DNA of 64,000 nucleotides from a virus (lineage: Duplodnaviria > Heunggongvirae > Uroviricota > Caudoviricetes): positions 128,086 through 192,085 of the IMG/VR virus record IMGVR_UViG_3300028666_000001, one strand, 5' to 3'. A program made the position numbers and the translations under genes. The notes below the pieces were generated by a model, which made no database searches, was not told the origin of the DNA, and saw only the letters and a program-made list of their open reading frames with translations. How positions within the stretch are numbered: position 1 is the stretch's first letter; each line of letters begins with the position of its first letter. Below, in pieces: positions 27,491 through 37,335 of this stretch.

Positions 27491-28219
27491 ATGATTAAGC
27501 TAAATGGGTATCTTATAACCCCTACAATCTTCCCTGATAAATCCAGTCAAGTTTGGAAGATTCCAACTGAATATTTTAGTTTAGATTCTAATACCATTTT
27601 GTGGGAATTTGAAAATGAGGCTGAATTCTTACATGTCGCTCAGTTGAAATCTTTACTTAATCCAATGGCTACGTGTATTTTAGATCTTCCATATCTTCCT
27701 TATGCACGACAAGATAAAACGGAGAATAACGTATCAACAACAGCATTCTTTCCATTTTCTTATTTATTGAATTGTTTAGGATTTTCAAAGGTGATCGTTA
27801 AAGATCCACATAATATTAATGTAACTAAAGCAAAGATTAAGAATGTTGAAATTATAATGCCAGATCTCATTTCTTTACTTGTCGATTTAAAGGCAGCTCC
27901 AGTTTACCCTGATAAGGGAGCAGCAGTTAGATATGGTGCTGATTCCTTGTCTATTACATGTGATAAAGTTCGTGAGCCTTTGACAGGAAAGATTGAAGGT
28001 ATCACAGTTCATGGGGCAGTTGAACCTAGAACCTATCTTATAATTGATGATATTTGTGATGGTGGTAGGACATTCATTGAAGTAGCAAAGAAATTATATG
28101 AAGCAGGTGCAGCAGAAGTACATTTGTATATTACACATGGAATTTTTTCAAAGGGATTAGAACCACTAAGAGAAGCTGGAATTAAAAGAATCTTTACACG
28201 AAAAGGTGAAGTGAAATGA
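27491..28219 (+). CDS. Ribose-phosphate pyrophosphokinase-like protein (probable Adps of NARP1)
   Basis: FPD, PYLPYARQD, DPH, PDKGA, IIDDICDGGRTF, THGIFSKG. Confidence 0.88.
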   Translation: MIKLNGYLITPTIFPDKSSQVWKIPTEYFSLDSNTILWEFENEAEFLHVAQLKSLLNPMATCILDLPYLPYARQDKTENNVSTTAFFPFSYLLNCLGFSKVIVKDPHNINVTKAKIKNVEIIMPDLISLLVDLKAAPVYPDKGAAVRYGADSLSITCDKVREPLTGKIEGITVHGAVEPRTYLIIDDICDGGRTFIEVAKKLYEAGAAEVHLYITHGIFSKGLEPLREAGIKRIFTRKGEVK

Positions 28220-28623
28220 GATCACCTACTATTATAGAAAATGAGTATTATTGGCGTGGTTTTAAGACATGTTCTAAGTGTGAATATTATAAACCACTTA
28301 AGGCTTTTGGAAAACACCAGGAACAGGTGTATGGACTAACAAATATATGTAAAAATTGTCGTAATGTTAGAGTAGTTAGCCACAGACGAAACTTAACAAT
28401 TGAGGAATTGCAAAATCTATTTAAAGTTCAGAAAGATCTTTGTGCTATTTGTAAAATACATAAATCCTTAAATGCTAAAGGATTAGCTGTTGATCATGAC
28501 CACAAGACAGGTAAGATAAGAGGATTGCTGTGTACAAATTGTAATAATGGGTTGGGACGATTTAAAGAAAATATTGAATTTTTGGAGAAAGCTATTAAAT
28601 ATTTAAAAGGAGAAATAAAATGA
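28216..28623 (+). CDS. Endonuclease VII-like HNH homing endonuclease
   Basis: CAIC...LAVDHDHKTGKIRGLLC..CN..LG. Confidence 0.9.
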   Translation: MRSPTIIENEYYWRGFKTCSKCEYYKPLKAFGKHQEQVYGLTNICKNCRNVRVVSHRRNLTIEELQNLFKVQKDLCAICKIHKSLNAKGLAVDHDHKTGKIRGLLCTNCNNGLGRFKENIEFLEKAIKYLKGEIK

Positions 28624-30086
28624 TAAATCCAATGTTATATTCTGATTTTTATAAAACGGACCATAGAAGGCAATATCCTAAAGGCACAGAGTTTGTTTAT
28701 TCTAATATGACACCTAGGGGAAGTCGTATTCCTGGGATTGATAAGGTTGTTGTATTTGGAATTCAATCTTTTTGCATGGACTACTTGATTAGACGTTTTA
28801 ATGATGGATTTTTCAAACAGCCTAAAGAGCAAGTGTTGAAGCAGTATCAACGTCGAATGGATACTTCCCTTGGGGTTGGAACAATTACCACGGAGCACAT
28901 TGCTGCATTACATGATCTTGGTTATTTGCCTATTAGGATCAAAGCATTACCAGAAGGTACATTGTGCCCAATGAGAGTTCCATTCTTAACGATTGTAAAT
29001 ACATTGCCTCAGTTTTATTGGGTGACTAATTTCCTTGAAACGATCCTTTCCGTATCTATTTGGCATGGAATGACTTCTGCTGCGATTGCTCATCAATATC
29101 GTGTTATGCTAGATAAGTATGCTGCAGAGACATCTGATATTCCTGAGTTTGTTGATTATCAGGGCCATGATTTTTCAATGCGTGGACAAGCATCATTTGA
29201 ATCTTCGCTCGTTAGCGGGGCAGCTCACTTACTTAGTTTTAGGGGTACTGATACTATTCCAGCCATTGATTTTCTAGAGCATTTTTACGGTGCTAACGCT
29301 GATAAAGAATTAATTGGGTGTTCTGTTCCAGCAACTGAGCATTCAATTATGTGTCTTGGTGGTAAAGAGACAGAAGAAGAAACCTATCGTCGTCTTATTA
29401 CAGAAGTCTATCCTAAAGGTATTGTATCCATCGTATCGGATACCTGGGATTACTTCCAGGTCCTAAATGAGACAATCCGTGGTTTGAAAGATGTGATTAT
29501 GGCTCGTGATGGCAAAGTCGTGATCCGCCCAGATAGTGGCAATCCTACGAAGATCATTTGTGGAGATCCTGATGCTCCTGAAGGATCGTTGCAGCGCAAG
29601 GGCACAATTGAGATTCTATGGGAAATCTTTGGTGGGACAGTTAACTCCAAAGGCTTTAAACAGCTTGATCCTCATATTGGTTGTATCTATGGGGATAGCA
29701 TTACCCTAGATCGTTGTCAGGCAATTTGTAATGGCTTAGCTGCTAAAGGCTTTGCTTCTACTAACATGGTTTATGGAATTGGTTCATATACCTATCAGTA
29801 TACGACACGAGATACGTTTGGCTTTGCAATCAAGGCAACGTATGGTATCGTTAATGGTAAGGCTGTAGAGCTATTCAAAGAACCAAAGACAGACAATGGC
29901 ATTAAGAATAGTGCAAAAGGTCTTTTGCGTGTGAATGCAGATTTGACTCTTTCTGAATCTGTCTCACCAGCTGAAGAAAAAGAAGGATTGCTTGAGACTG
30001 TGTTCCTGGAAGGTCGCATGATTAAGACCTATACATTACAAGAAATTCGTAATCGTTTGGCAGGAAACGTCTTAGCAGCTAAATAA
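28620..30086 (+). CDS. Nicotinamide phosphoribosyltransferase-like protein (probable Namat of NARP1)
   Basis: DFYK..H..QYP, HDFSMRG, PATEHS, SIVSDTWD, IRPDSG, IYGDSIT, GIGSYTYQ, K.SAKG. Confidence 0.92.
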   Translation: MINPMLYSDFYKTDHRRQYPKGTEFVYSNMTPRGSRIPGIDKVVVFGIQSFCMDYLIRRFNDGFFKQPKEQVLKQYQRRMDTSLGVGTITTEHIAALHDLGYLPIRIKALPEGTLCPMRVPFLTIVNTLPQFYWVTNFLETILSVSIWHGMTSAAIAHQYRVMLDKYAAETSDIPEFVDYQGHDFSMRGQASFESSLVSGAAHLLSFRGTDTIPAIDFLEHFYGANADKELIGCSVPATEHSIMCLGGKETEEETYRRLITEVYPKGIVSIVSDTWDYFQVLNETIRGLKDVIMARDGKVVIRPDSGNPTKIICGDPDAPEGSLQRKGTIEILWEIFGGTVNSKGFKQLDPHIGCIYGDSITLDRCQAICNGLAAKGFASTNMVYGIGSYTYQYTTRDTFGFAIKATYGIVNGKAVELFKEPKTDNGIKNSAKGLLRVNADLTLSESVSPAEEKEGLLETVFLEGRMIKTYTLQEIRNRLAGNVLAAK

Positions 30087-30246
30087 TGAAATCAAATTCA
30101 GTTATTAACCATACCTTAAAGAAGACATATCCTTCTAAGGCAGTAGCAGATAAAGTAGTTGCTTTTTTAGCTACTAAATTTATCTATGTGCGGTCTTATA
30201 AATGCTTCTGCGAACTATGGCATCTTACTAGTCAAAAGGAAAAATA

Positions 30247-31644
30247 ATGATTGACCAGAAGTTAGAAAATAAATTTCTTGCACGTATATTGAAGGATGTA
30301 AATGCTGCTAATGTAGCCAATCAAAGGCATATTACAGAAGATGTATTTCAATGGGCTGCTTCTGCTAAGCTTTATGCAATTGCTATATGGTATGCACAAA
30401 GTTATGGGACGTGTCTCTCTATCAATGAGTTAGATGGGTTGCTTAAGCAATCTACTACCCTTTCTCCTGAAATGCAGCAATCCATTGTAGTATTATTCAC
30501 TGAATTACAGCTTGAGCCTTTAGATACAGATATTAACTTCCTCTATGATCAGATTCTTACCTATCATAAGCAAAATATGTTGGAGTTTGCTTTAAGGCGA
30601 TCTGCTGAGAAATTCGCTGAGAAAAAGATTGATGAATCTATTACTGTATTAAAGAATGATCTTGCAAAGATCGATAGTAGATTTAGAGTTGATATAGTCC
30701 GAAGTGGACAACTTAATGAATTTGCAGAAGAGATTGATTGGAAATTTGAAGATCGAAAAATTAACCCTAAGAAATATGAGGGGTTAATGACAGGATTCTC
30801 TGGCATGGATTACATAACTGGTGGTTTGGTTAAATCAGGTGTAGCTATTATTATGGCCCCTCCCAAAGGATTTAAATCTGCCCTGGCTATGACTATTTGC
30901 TATAATGCAGCTAAGAACGGTGTTTATTCTTACTATCATGCCAATGAAGGTACGGCAGAATTATTTTATGGAAGATTTGCGGCTATGGAGCTTTGTATCG
31001 AATATAAAAGGATTAAAGATAACACGATGAATTCTATGGAAGAATCACGTTGGAAACAATGGATTCAATCCGTGAAAGATGGAAAACATCAGATTCTAAG
31101 TAAGATCTATTTCGATGAAGTTCCTCCTGCTATCAGTACACCAGAATTGATTGCTGAGAGATTGAAAAAATTGAAAGAAGCAGGTAAAGAGGTTGGATTA
31201 GTCGTTGTAGATCACTTTGGTCGTATGACAACCAGCTCTAAAGAAGCTATGCAGGATTGGCAGATGAAGGGCTATATCGCTCAGCAGATTTGTAGCATAG
31301 CTCTTGATCAACGTGTTCCCTTTATCCTTTTGACGCATGTTAAAACTAGCAGTGCAAAAGAGGGTATTGATAACGCTAAGGATTTTGACGCTTATGACAT
31401 TGAACGTAGTGGTCAACCTTTGAAAGATGTAGATTATGTGTTTTCTTGGAAGATTGAGAATGATACTGATTTTGATCGTAATGGTAAACAGGGATTTGCT
31501 CGTCTTGCTCTTGTGCTTTCAAGGCATTCTGAGACTGGCACTGTTACCTTAAACATTCAAGGTAAATATATGCAAATTCAGGAAATTCAGATCGGTGGTA
31601 CTGCACCAGTACCAGTTGCACTACCTGCACCTACAATTCCATGA
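30247..31644 (+). CDS. DnaB-like replicative helicase
   Basis: TGF..MD..TGG, atypical Walker A APPKGFKS, VVVDH Walker B. Confidence 0.82.
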   Translation: MIDQKLENKFLARILKDVNAANVANQRHITEDVFQWAASAKLYAIAIWYAQSYGTCLSINELDGLLKQSTTLSPEMQQSIVVLFTELQLEPLDTDINFLYDQILTYHKQNMLEFALRRSAEKFAEKKIDESITVLKNDLAKIDSRFRVDIVRSGQLNEFAEEIDWKFEDRKINPKKYEGLMTGFSGMDYITGGLVKSGVAIIMAPPKGFKSALAMTICYNAAKNGVYSYYHANEGTAELFYGRFAAMELCIEYKRIKDNTMNSMEESRWKQWIQSVKDGKHQILSKIYFDEVPPAISTPELIAERLKKLKEAGKEVGLVVVDHFGRMTTSSKEAMQDWQMKGYIAQQICSIALDQRVPFILLTHVKTSSAKEGIDNAKDFDAYDIERSGQPLKDVDYVFSWKIENDTDFDRNGKQGFARLALVLSRHSETGTVTLNIQGKYMQIQEIQIGGTAPVPVALPAPTIP

Positions 31645-32141
31645 AAAGAACCTTTGATATGATGGTGGAATGTCCTCGAAAAAGTAGGAACAAGATTGAG
31701 TGGGATGATAAGGCAAAGGGCTTTCGTTTCAGTAGAATGCTTTTTACTTCTACTCAATATCCAGCAGAATATGGTTTTATCCCAAATTCACTGGCATCTG
31801 ATGGAGATCCAGCAGATATTATGGCTCTTACAGGTGAACCTACCTTTACAGGCTGTATTATTGAGGTAAGGGTGATTGGTATCCTAAGAATGATTGATGG
31901 GGGAGTCGAGGATTATAAGATGTTGGCTGTTCCTGTGCGTGATCCTCATTATAGCCATATAAGAACATTGAAAGATGTTCCTTTAGACCGATTGAATGAA
32001 ATTGAACATTTCTTTAAAGTGTATAAAGATCTTGAGCAGAAGAAAGTAGTAGTAAAGGGTTGGCAGGGCCGTAAGAAAGCACTTTCCTATTTGAAGAAGG
32101 CATTTAAGAGATATGAAACCGAAACGCACCCTAGTCATTAA
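31641..32141 (+). CDS. ppa: Inorganic pyrophosphatase (family I)
   Basis: YP.EYGFIP....DGDPAD, D.G..DYK, EIEHFF..YK.LE. Confidence 0.95.
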   Translation: MKRTFDMMVECPRKSRNKIEWDDKAKGFRFSRMLFTSTQYPAEYGFIPNSLASDGDPADIMALTGEPTFTGCIIEVRVIGILRMIDGGVEDYKMLAVPVRDPHYSHIRTLKDVPLDRLNEIEHFFKVYKDLEQKKVVVKGWQGRKKALSYLKKAFKRYETETHPSH

Positions 32142-32643
32142 CCTTTTCGGAGGTCCAGGAAGTGGGAAATCTACACTTGCTGCAGATCTATTTTCTGAGA
32201 TGAAGAAGCACGATTATCAAGTTGAGATGGTACGTGAATGGGTCAAACTGTGGGCCTGGGAGGGCAAACAGATGGTATACTCTGATCAAGTTATGGTATT
32301 TGGCAATCAAGTTCGAGAAGAAACATCATTGTATAATAAAGTTGATGCTATAATCACTGATTCACCTCTTATTTTGTCTGGATTCTATGAATCTATTAAT
32401 TATAAATCCCATCATCTCGTGCCAGCAGCTAAAAAAATTATGGAACTAGCTGAACAAAATAACGTTGAATACTGGAACATACTTATTAAACGTAATTTTC
32501 CATACGAAGCCAAAGGTAGATTTCAAACTGAAGCAGAAGCTAATATTCTTGAGAGAAAGATGGTTCAGTTTTTAAAATGCTGCAAACTTCCTTATGAAAC
32601 AATGCAAAGTGTAGAAGAAGTGATGTTGGAATTGATCCAATGA
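32113..32643 (+). CDS. NadR/AAA_28-like P-loop kinase
   Basis: INLFGGPGSGKST, ITDSP, GRFQTE.EA. Confidence 0.8.
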   Translation: MKPKRTLVINLFGGPGSGKSTLAADLFSEMKKHDYQVEMVREWVKLWAWEGKQMVYSDQVMVFGNQVREETSLYNKVDAIITDSPLILSGFYESINYKSHHLVPAAKKIMELAEQNNVEYWNILIKRNFPYEAKGRFQTEAEANILERKMVQFLKCCKLPYETMQSVEEVMLELIQ

Positions 32644-33122
32644 AAAAGACAATTAAAGAAGTAGTTGAATCATATGATGTGCGATTGTGGCCTATCGGAG
32701 ATGGCATTCTTCGTGGAGCTTGCCCTATGCATACAAATGTCAATACACCATCTTTTACCGTCTATGAATATACAGATTCTTACTTTTGTTTTGGTGAAGG
32801 TATAGGTGGAGATACAGCAAACTTCATTTCTCATATGGAAGGCATTTCTTATGCAGAAGCAAAGAAAATAGTTGATGGTGAAATTAGTTTCCAGGAAGAT
32901 TTCACCCAAATGCTGGATGCTGCTTCAGTTGTAGAAGAAGTAGATTATGCTAATGAATTGAATTTTTCAGTAAGTAAGTATTGTCGAGATCTTATGATCG
33001 GTGGCGGTCAAGTAGATAACATTCTAAGATTTTTACAGAAAGTTGATAATGAAGTATTGACAAAACCTGTAACAAGAGATATACTTAAGCAAGTAATAGA
33101 AGAGTCTAGGAGACTATCATGA
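32640..33122 (+). CDS. Stand-alone CHC2 zinc-finger (primase zinc-binding domain)
   Basis: CPMH....PSF......FCFG...GGD...F....EG.S..EA. Confidence 0.82.
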   Translation: MKKTIKEVVESYDVRLWPIGDGILRGACPMHTNVNTPSFTVYEYTDSYFCFGEGIGGDTANFISHMEGISYAEAKKIVDGEISFQEDFTQMLDAASVVEEVDYANELNFSVSKYCRDLMIGGGQVDNILRFLQKVDNEVLTKPVTRDILKQVIEESRRLS

Positions 33123-33334
33123 CAGAAGGCATTGCTCAGAAATTTCATATTACAAAACGTTATTCACGTAAGCTAACTCAAAATTTCCAAAGCTGGGAAT
33201 TCTCCTCAGAGCTTAGTGTCGAGGTTGAAGTTAAAACCTCACAAGAGCTTATTGAGGCTAATGACAAGCTTTTTGCTCAGGTGAAATGGCTATGTGAAAA
33301 AGATATTGAAGTAGCATTCCCTACAGGAGAATAA
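33119..33334 (+). CDS. Hypothetical protein
   Basis: Coupled ORF in replication operon. Confidence 0.55.
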   Translation: MTEGIAQKFHITKRYSRKLTQNFQSWEFSSELSVEVEVKTSQELIEANDKLFAQVKWLCEKDIEVAFPTGE

Positions 33335-33335
33335 T

Positions 33336-33851
33336 ATGGCATTAACAGATGAACAGATGGCTGAGAAGTTAGAGACAGTAAAAAAGATCCAGGTATTTCT
33401 TGACCCAGATCCTACTGTAAAGGGATTGATGTCATTAAATTACAAGTTAGCTGAATTACAGCTTGCTAAAGATCATGTGTCAGGTATGATTTTAGAGGCT
33501 ATGAAAAATATGGCAGAACATGAGATCTTAAAAGATGAGTCTCAGAATACGCATGATCGTCAACAAGATCTTTTGATTGCTACGGATGCTTCTATCCAGG
33601 CTCAGAAATCAGCAGAGCAACGTAGTATTCATGCTCGTATGAAGATGCCTCAGATGGTGATGGATCTTCATCATGCTGATATTGCCTCATTAAAGGCATC
33701 ATGGTATTTGAAGTGCTTGCAGCTTGTTGCAAGCAATTTGGAAAGTGCTAATTCGAATCTATCTCGTCAGATTACAGTTATTCAGATGGATCAGAATTTG
33801 CAGGGTAATAATGGTGGTCAACGTAGTGCAACAAAGACATTCAATATCTAA
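33336..33851 (+). CDS. Coiled-coil protein (possible UvsY-like mediator)
   Basis: Helical; upstream of SSB-like and RecA genes. Confidence 0.45.
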   Translation: MALTDEQMAEKLETVKKIQVFLDPDPTVKGLMSLNYKLAELQLAKDHVSGMILEAMKNMAEHEILKDESQNTHDRQQDLLIATDASIQAQKSAEQRSIHARMKMPQMVMDLHHADIASLKASWYLKCLQLVASNLESANSNLSRQITVIQMDQNLQGNNGGQRSATKTFNI

Positions 33852-33866
33852 AGGAGATATAATACA

Positions 33867-34523
33867 ATGGGATTATTCAGAAAACCAACAAAAGAAGACT
33901 TTCCAGAGCTTCCAGATAATTTGTATGTGGCAAGACTGGCAAAGATTGCAAATAAAGTAGGAAAAGAATCGGGCAAGCCTTATACATCGTGGGGATTTGA
34001 ATTGGTTCAACCTCCTTATGTTAAACGTTGGGTTTGGGGTAATACTCAGCCTACGGTTAGCCCAAAAAGTCAAACTGGTAAGTTCCTTACAGTTCTGGGA
34101 GTTGATATTGCTACACTTGACGATAGCTTTAATGAACAATCCTTAATTGGTAAGTACGTTAAAGTCTTGGTTGAGACAAAAGAGAATGAGGATACGGGTG
34201 ATAAGTTCCAGAATGTTACTAAACTGATGGCTCTTACCGATGCTGATGTTCAGCTATTGCAGATTTGGTTAACCCAGGCTAATGTTACTGGTACAATCAA
34301 AGCAGCAGTTCAGAGTCCAACAGCAGCTCCTCAGCCTCAAGTTCTTGCTGCAGCTCCAGTATCATTGCCAACAGCTCCAGCTTCATTTCCTGGAATGGGA
34401 CAACCATCTCCAGTGCCACAGGTTCAAGCACAAGCAGCAGCTTTGCCAACACCTGTTGCTCAACCAGTTCCAGTTGCAGCAGCTTCTGCAGCACCAGCAA
34501 AAAAGAGTGGTTTTCCTTTCTAA
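33867..34523 (+). CDS. Putative ssDNA-binding protein (DUF669-like)
   Basis: OB-like N-terminus, Pro/Ala/Gln linker, terminal FPF. Confidence 0.65.
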   Translation: MGLFRKPTKEDFPELPDNLYVARLAKIANKVGKESGKPYTSWGFELVQPPYVKRWVWGNTQPTVSPKSQTGKFLTVLGVDIATLDDSFNEQSLIGKYVKVLVETKENEDTGDKFQNVTKLMALTDADVQLLQIWLTQANVTGTIKAAVQSPTAAPQPQVLAAAPVSLPTAPASFPGMGQPSPVPQVQAQAAALPTPVAQPVPVAAASAAPAKKSGFPF

Positions 34524-34542
34524 GGAAAACTAAGGAGATAAA

Positions 34543-35550
34543 ATGTCTGATCTAAAAGAGCTTAAAGCATTCTTAGAAAAATGTAGCAAAGTCCATTCAA
34601 CTACTGTAGCCAGAATTAAGGATATGGATGAACGTCCTTCTATCGAGGTTATTCCTTCTGGTAGTTATTCAATTGATGATGCACTAGGGGCTGGTGGATT
34701 CCCTCGTGGTCGTGTGGTTGAAGTGTTTGGGCCAGAATCAGGTGGTAAGACAACTCTTAGTCTATTAGCAGTTGCATCCTGTCAGAAAGCTGGTGGGGTT
34801 GCAGCATTTATTGACGTTGAGAATGCTCTATCTCTTGATTGGGCTAAGAAGCTTGGTGTAGATGTCGATAACCTTGTCTTCAATCAACCAGATAGTGGTG
34901 AACAGGCTCTTGCAGTTGTGCGTGATATGGTTGAGTCTAACTTGATCGATATGATCATTGTAGACAGCGTTGCAGCTCTTACCCCTCAGTCTCAGATTGA
35001 TGGGGAAATTGGTGATCAGACGATGGCGTTACAGGCTCGTATGCTTGGACCAGCAATTCGTTTATTGGTACATTCAGCAGCTAAGTCAAAATGCGTGTTG
35101 ATCTTCATTAACCAGTTGCGTGAAACGATGGCTATGTATGGCCCTAAAGAAGTAACCCCTGGTGGTAAGTCATTAAAATACTACAGCAGCATTCGTCTTG
35201 CTGTTAAGAAAGTCAGTGGATCAGAAATCAAAGTCAAGAAAGGCAATGGAGAAGAAGGAGATACTGGTGAGATTCTTGGGCATCGTGTCAATATCAAAGT
35301 AGTTAAGAATAAGGTTGGTCGTCCTATGTGTGAAGCAGAGTTTGATCTTCGTTTCCTTGAGGGTATTGACCGTTTCAAAGAGTTGATTACTCTGGGTTTA
35401 GCAAAAGATGTAATTAAGCAAAGTGGTCCTATGTATAGTTTTGGACCCCTTAATGTAAAAAGTCTTGAAAAGTTCATCGAAGAAATTAAACCAAATGAAG
35501 CCTTGCAAAAAGAACTTTGGGCTGCTATACTTGCTACTAAGAAGCTCTAA
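34543..35550 (+). CDS. recA: RecA recombinase
   Basis: GGFPRGRVVEVFGPESGGKTT, IVDSVAAL, FINQLR, TPGG.SLKYYSS.R, VKNKV. Confidence 0.97.
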   Translation: MSDLKELKAFLEKCSKVHSTTVARIKDMDERPSIEVIPSGSYSIDDALGAGGFPRGRVVEVFGPESGGKTTLSLLAVASCQKAGGVAAFIDVENALSLDWAKKLGVDVDNLVFNQPDSGEQALAVVRDMVESNLIDMIIVDSVAALTPQSQIDGEIGDQTMALQARMLGPAIRLLVHSAAKSKCVLIFINQLRETMAMYGPKEVTPGGKSLKYYSSIRLAVKKVSGSEIKVKKGNGEEGDTGEILGHRVNIKVVKNKVGRPMCEAEFDLRFLEGIDRFKELITLGLAKDVIKQSGPMYSFGPLNVKSLEKFIEEIKPNEALQKELWAAILATKKL

Positions 35551-36005
35551 TGCCAATAGTTTATAAAAAGGGTTCGCTGTTCGATGCTCCTCCAGGCAGC
35601 ATTCTTGTACATGCTGTTTCTACAAGATCTGTCTGGGGGAGTGGGATTGCGAAACAGTTCAAGGCTAAGTTTCCAGAAAGCTTTAAAATCTATAAAGAAT
35701 TTTGTCAGGAAGAAGGTGCAAAGTTGTTAGGTGTCGTTATCTATTGCCCAGAAGAGAATGGATATTATGTCTATAACCTTGTTACCTCAATTGATTATGG
35801 TGATAAGAAAGATTCACCTGAACAGATATTGGAGCAGACACGATCAGCATTACGCTTTTTGTTAGAAGAGACATCATGGCCCATTCACTCTTGCAAATTC
35901 AATAGTGGATTATTTGGAGTGCCTTGGGAAGAGACAGAGAAAGTTTTAATCAAAGTTATGGAAGAAAAAGGGTATAAGCAAGATTGGACAGTTTGGCAAA
36001 TATAA
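35550..36005 (+). CDS. Macro domain protein (ADP-ribose processing, Poa1p/DarG-like)
   Basis: KGSLFD, LVHAV....WGSGIAKQFK..FP, NSGLFGVPW. Confidence 0.88.
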   Translation: MPIVYKKGSLFDAPPGSILVHAVSTRSVWGSGIAKQFKAKFPESFKIYKEFCQEEGAKLLGVVIYCPEENGYYVYNLVTSIDYGDKKDSPEQILEQTRSALRFLLEETSWPIHSCKFNSGLFGVPWEETEKVLIKVMEEKGYKQDWTVWQI

Positions 36006-36016
36006 GGAGATAAATC

Positions 36017-37327
36017 ATGGCAGACAGCAAGTTAGTTAAAGACATCGTTCATCAGATTGAAAAGATCAGCGAGAAATTGCAGATTGAGCCTTATCAATTG
36101 GGCAAAGCACAGTTCAAAGAATTTTCGAAAATCTCAGAATGGGATCTTCGTAAGGTTGGAGGCTATCAGACGCTTCTAACTACATATTATCCAGTCCCTG
36201 ATAAATCCTTACGGGATATTCAGATTGGTAAGCAGCGCAAGTCTTACTTGTCTAAGCTTGAGAAGCAATATGGAACATGGGATGCGTTTGCTGAGCAGCT
36301 TACAGATTCCTTAGTTAAGCGATTAGAAACAATGAAGGTTGAGCCTAGAGTGCTAAATGAAAAAGCTACTAAAGACTACATTAAGTCAATCTCTAAGCCT
36401 ACACTCCATGATGCATCCCCTCGTTCAGTTGTAGTTGCACTTACAGACCTTCACTTTGGTACGAATGTCGATAAGGCAGAGCTTGGTGGAAAGAATGAGT
36501 TCAATTGGAATGTTGGAGCCCGTCGTTTTGGCTTTATCATTGAACAGCTTCAAACATATAAACTAGAATTGCGTCATTTGCATGAAGAGATCGTTCTTCT
36601 GCTTGGTGGAGACTTAATTGGTGGGATCATTCATAATCAGGAAGGTCCAGACTATGACTTGATCACATTCCAGGTTAATGGGGCTCTTAGCTATTTCATT
36701 CAAGCCTTTGAACACCTTAAAGCCTTCTATCCTAAAGTGCGTGTTGTCTGTCAGCCAGGAAATCATGGTCGTATGATGCATAAACAGTCTAAGGATCGAG
36801 CACTATCCCAGAAGTATGACTCTTATGAAAACATCATCTTCTTTGCTCTTTCTAAGTACTTTCAAGGTGATCCAAAGGTTGAGATCGTAGTTCCTAAAAC
36901 ACCATATGCTGAAGTAACAGTGCAGGGGCATAGAATTTTTATGTCTCATGGTGATAGCGTATTCATTACTGGAAACCCTGGCAAGAGTATCAATACAGAT
37001 AATATTGATAAACAGGTTCAACGTGTGAATGCAGAAGAACGTAATCATGATCGAAAGCCTTTCGAAGTATTCGTATTTGGACATGTACATCAAGCAGCTC
37101 ATTTCCAAGTCTCAAGTGGTGCTCATATTATCATTAATGGTAGTATGATCGGTACAGATTCATTTGCTCAGGGTGTTGGAATTATGAGTAGTAATCCTGT
37201 TCAAGTCATGTGGGAAATGAATTCAAAGTTTGCTGTTGGTGATAGTCGTTGGTTATTCGTTTCTGCAGGAGATGACCAGAAACGTCTTGAACAAATTATT
37301 AAACCATACAATTACGAGTTAGCATAA
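36017..37327 (+). CDS. Metallophosphoesterase with N-terminal extension
   Basis: TDLHFG, GGDLI, PGNHG, SHGD, FGHVH. Confidence 0.85.
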   Translation: MADSKLVKDIVHQIEKISEKLQIEPYQLGKAQFKEFSKISEWDLRKVGGYQTLLTTYYPVPDKSLRDIQIGKQRKSYLSKLEKQYGTWDAFAEQLTDSLVKRLETMKVEPRVLNEKATKDYIKSISKPTLHDASPRSVVVALTDLHFGTNVDKAELGGKNEFNWNVGARRFGFIIEQLQTYKLELRHLHEEIVLLLGGDLIGGIIHNQEGPDYDLITFQVNGALSYFIQAFEHLKAFYPKVRVVCQPGNHGRMMHKQSKDRALSQKYDSYENIIFFALSKYFQGDPKVEIVVPKTPYAEVTVQGHRIFMSHGDSVFITGNPGKSINTDNIDKQVQRVNAEERNHDRKPFEVFVFGHVHQAAHFQVSSGAHIIINGSMIGTDSFAQGVGIMSSNPVQVMWEMNSKFAVGDSRWLFVSAGDDQKRLEQIIKPYNYELA

Positions 37328-37335
37328 GGAGCCAT

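Noticed and set aside
28560-28623. 'KENIEFLEK' in the EndoVII nuclease as a tenth NLEYLE tag
   Set aside because: It matches the normal C-terminal helix of EndoVII-like nucleases, so it was not counted, though it could hint at the tag's origin
34300-34500. CAG/CCA-rich quasi-repeat
   Set aside because: It simply encodes the Pro/Ala/Gln linker of the SSB-like protein
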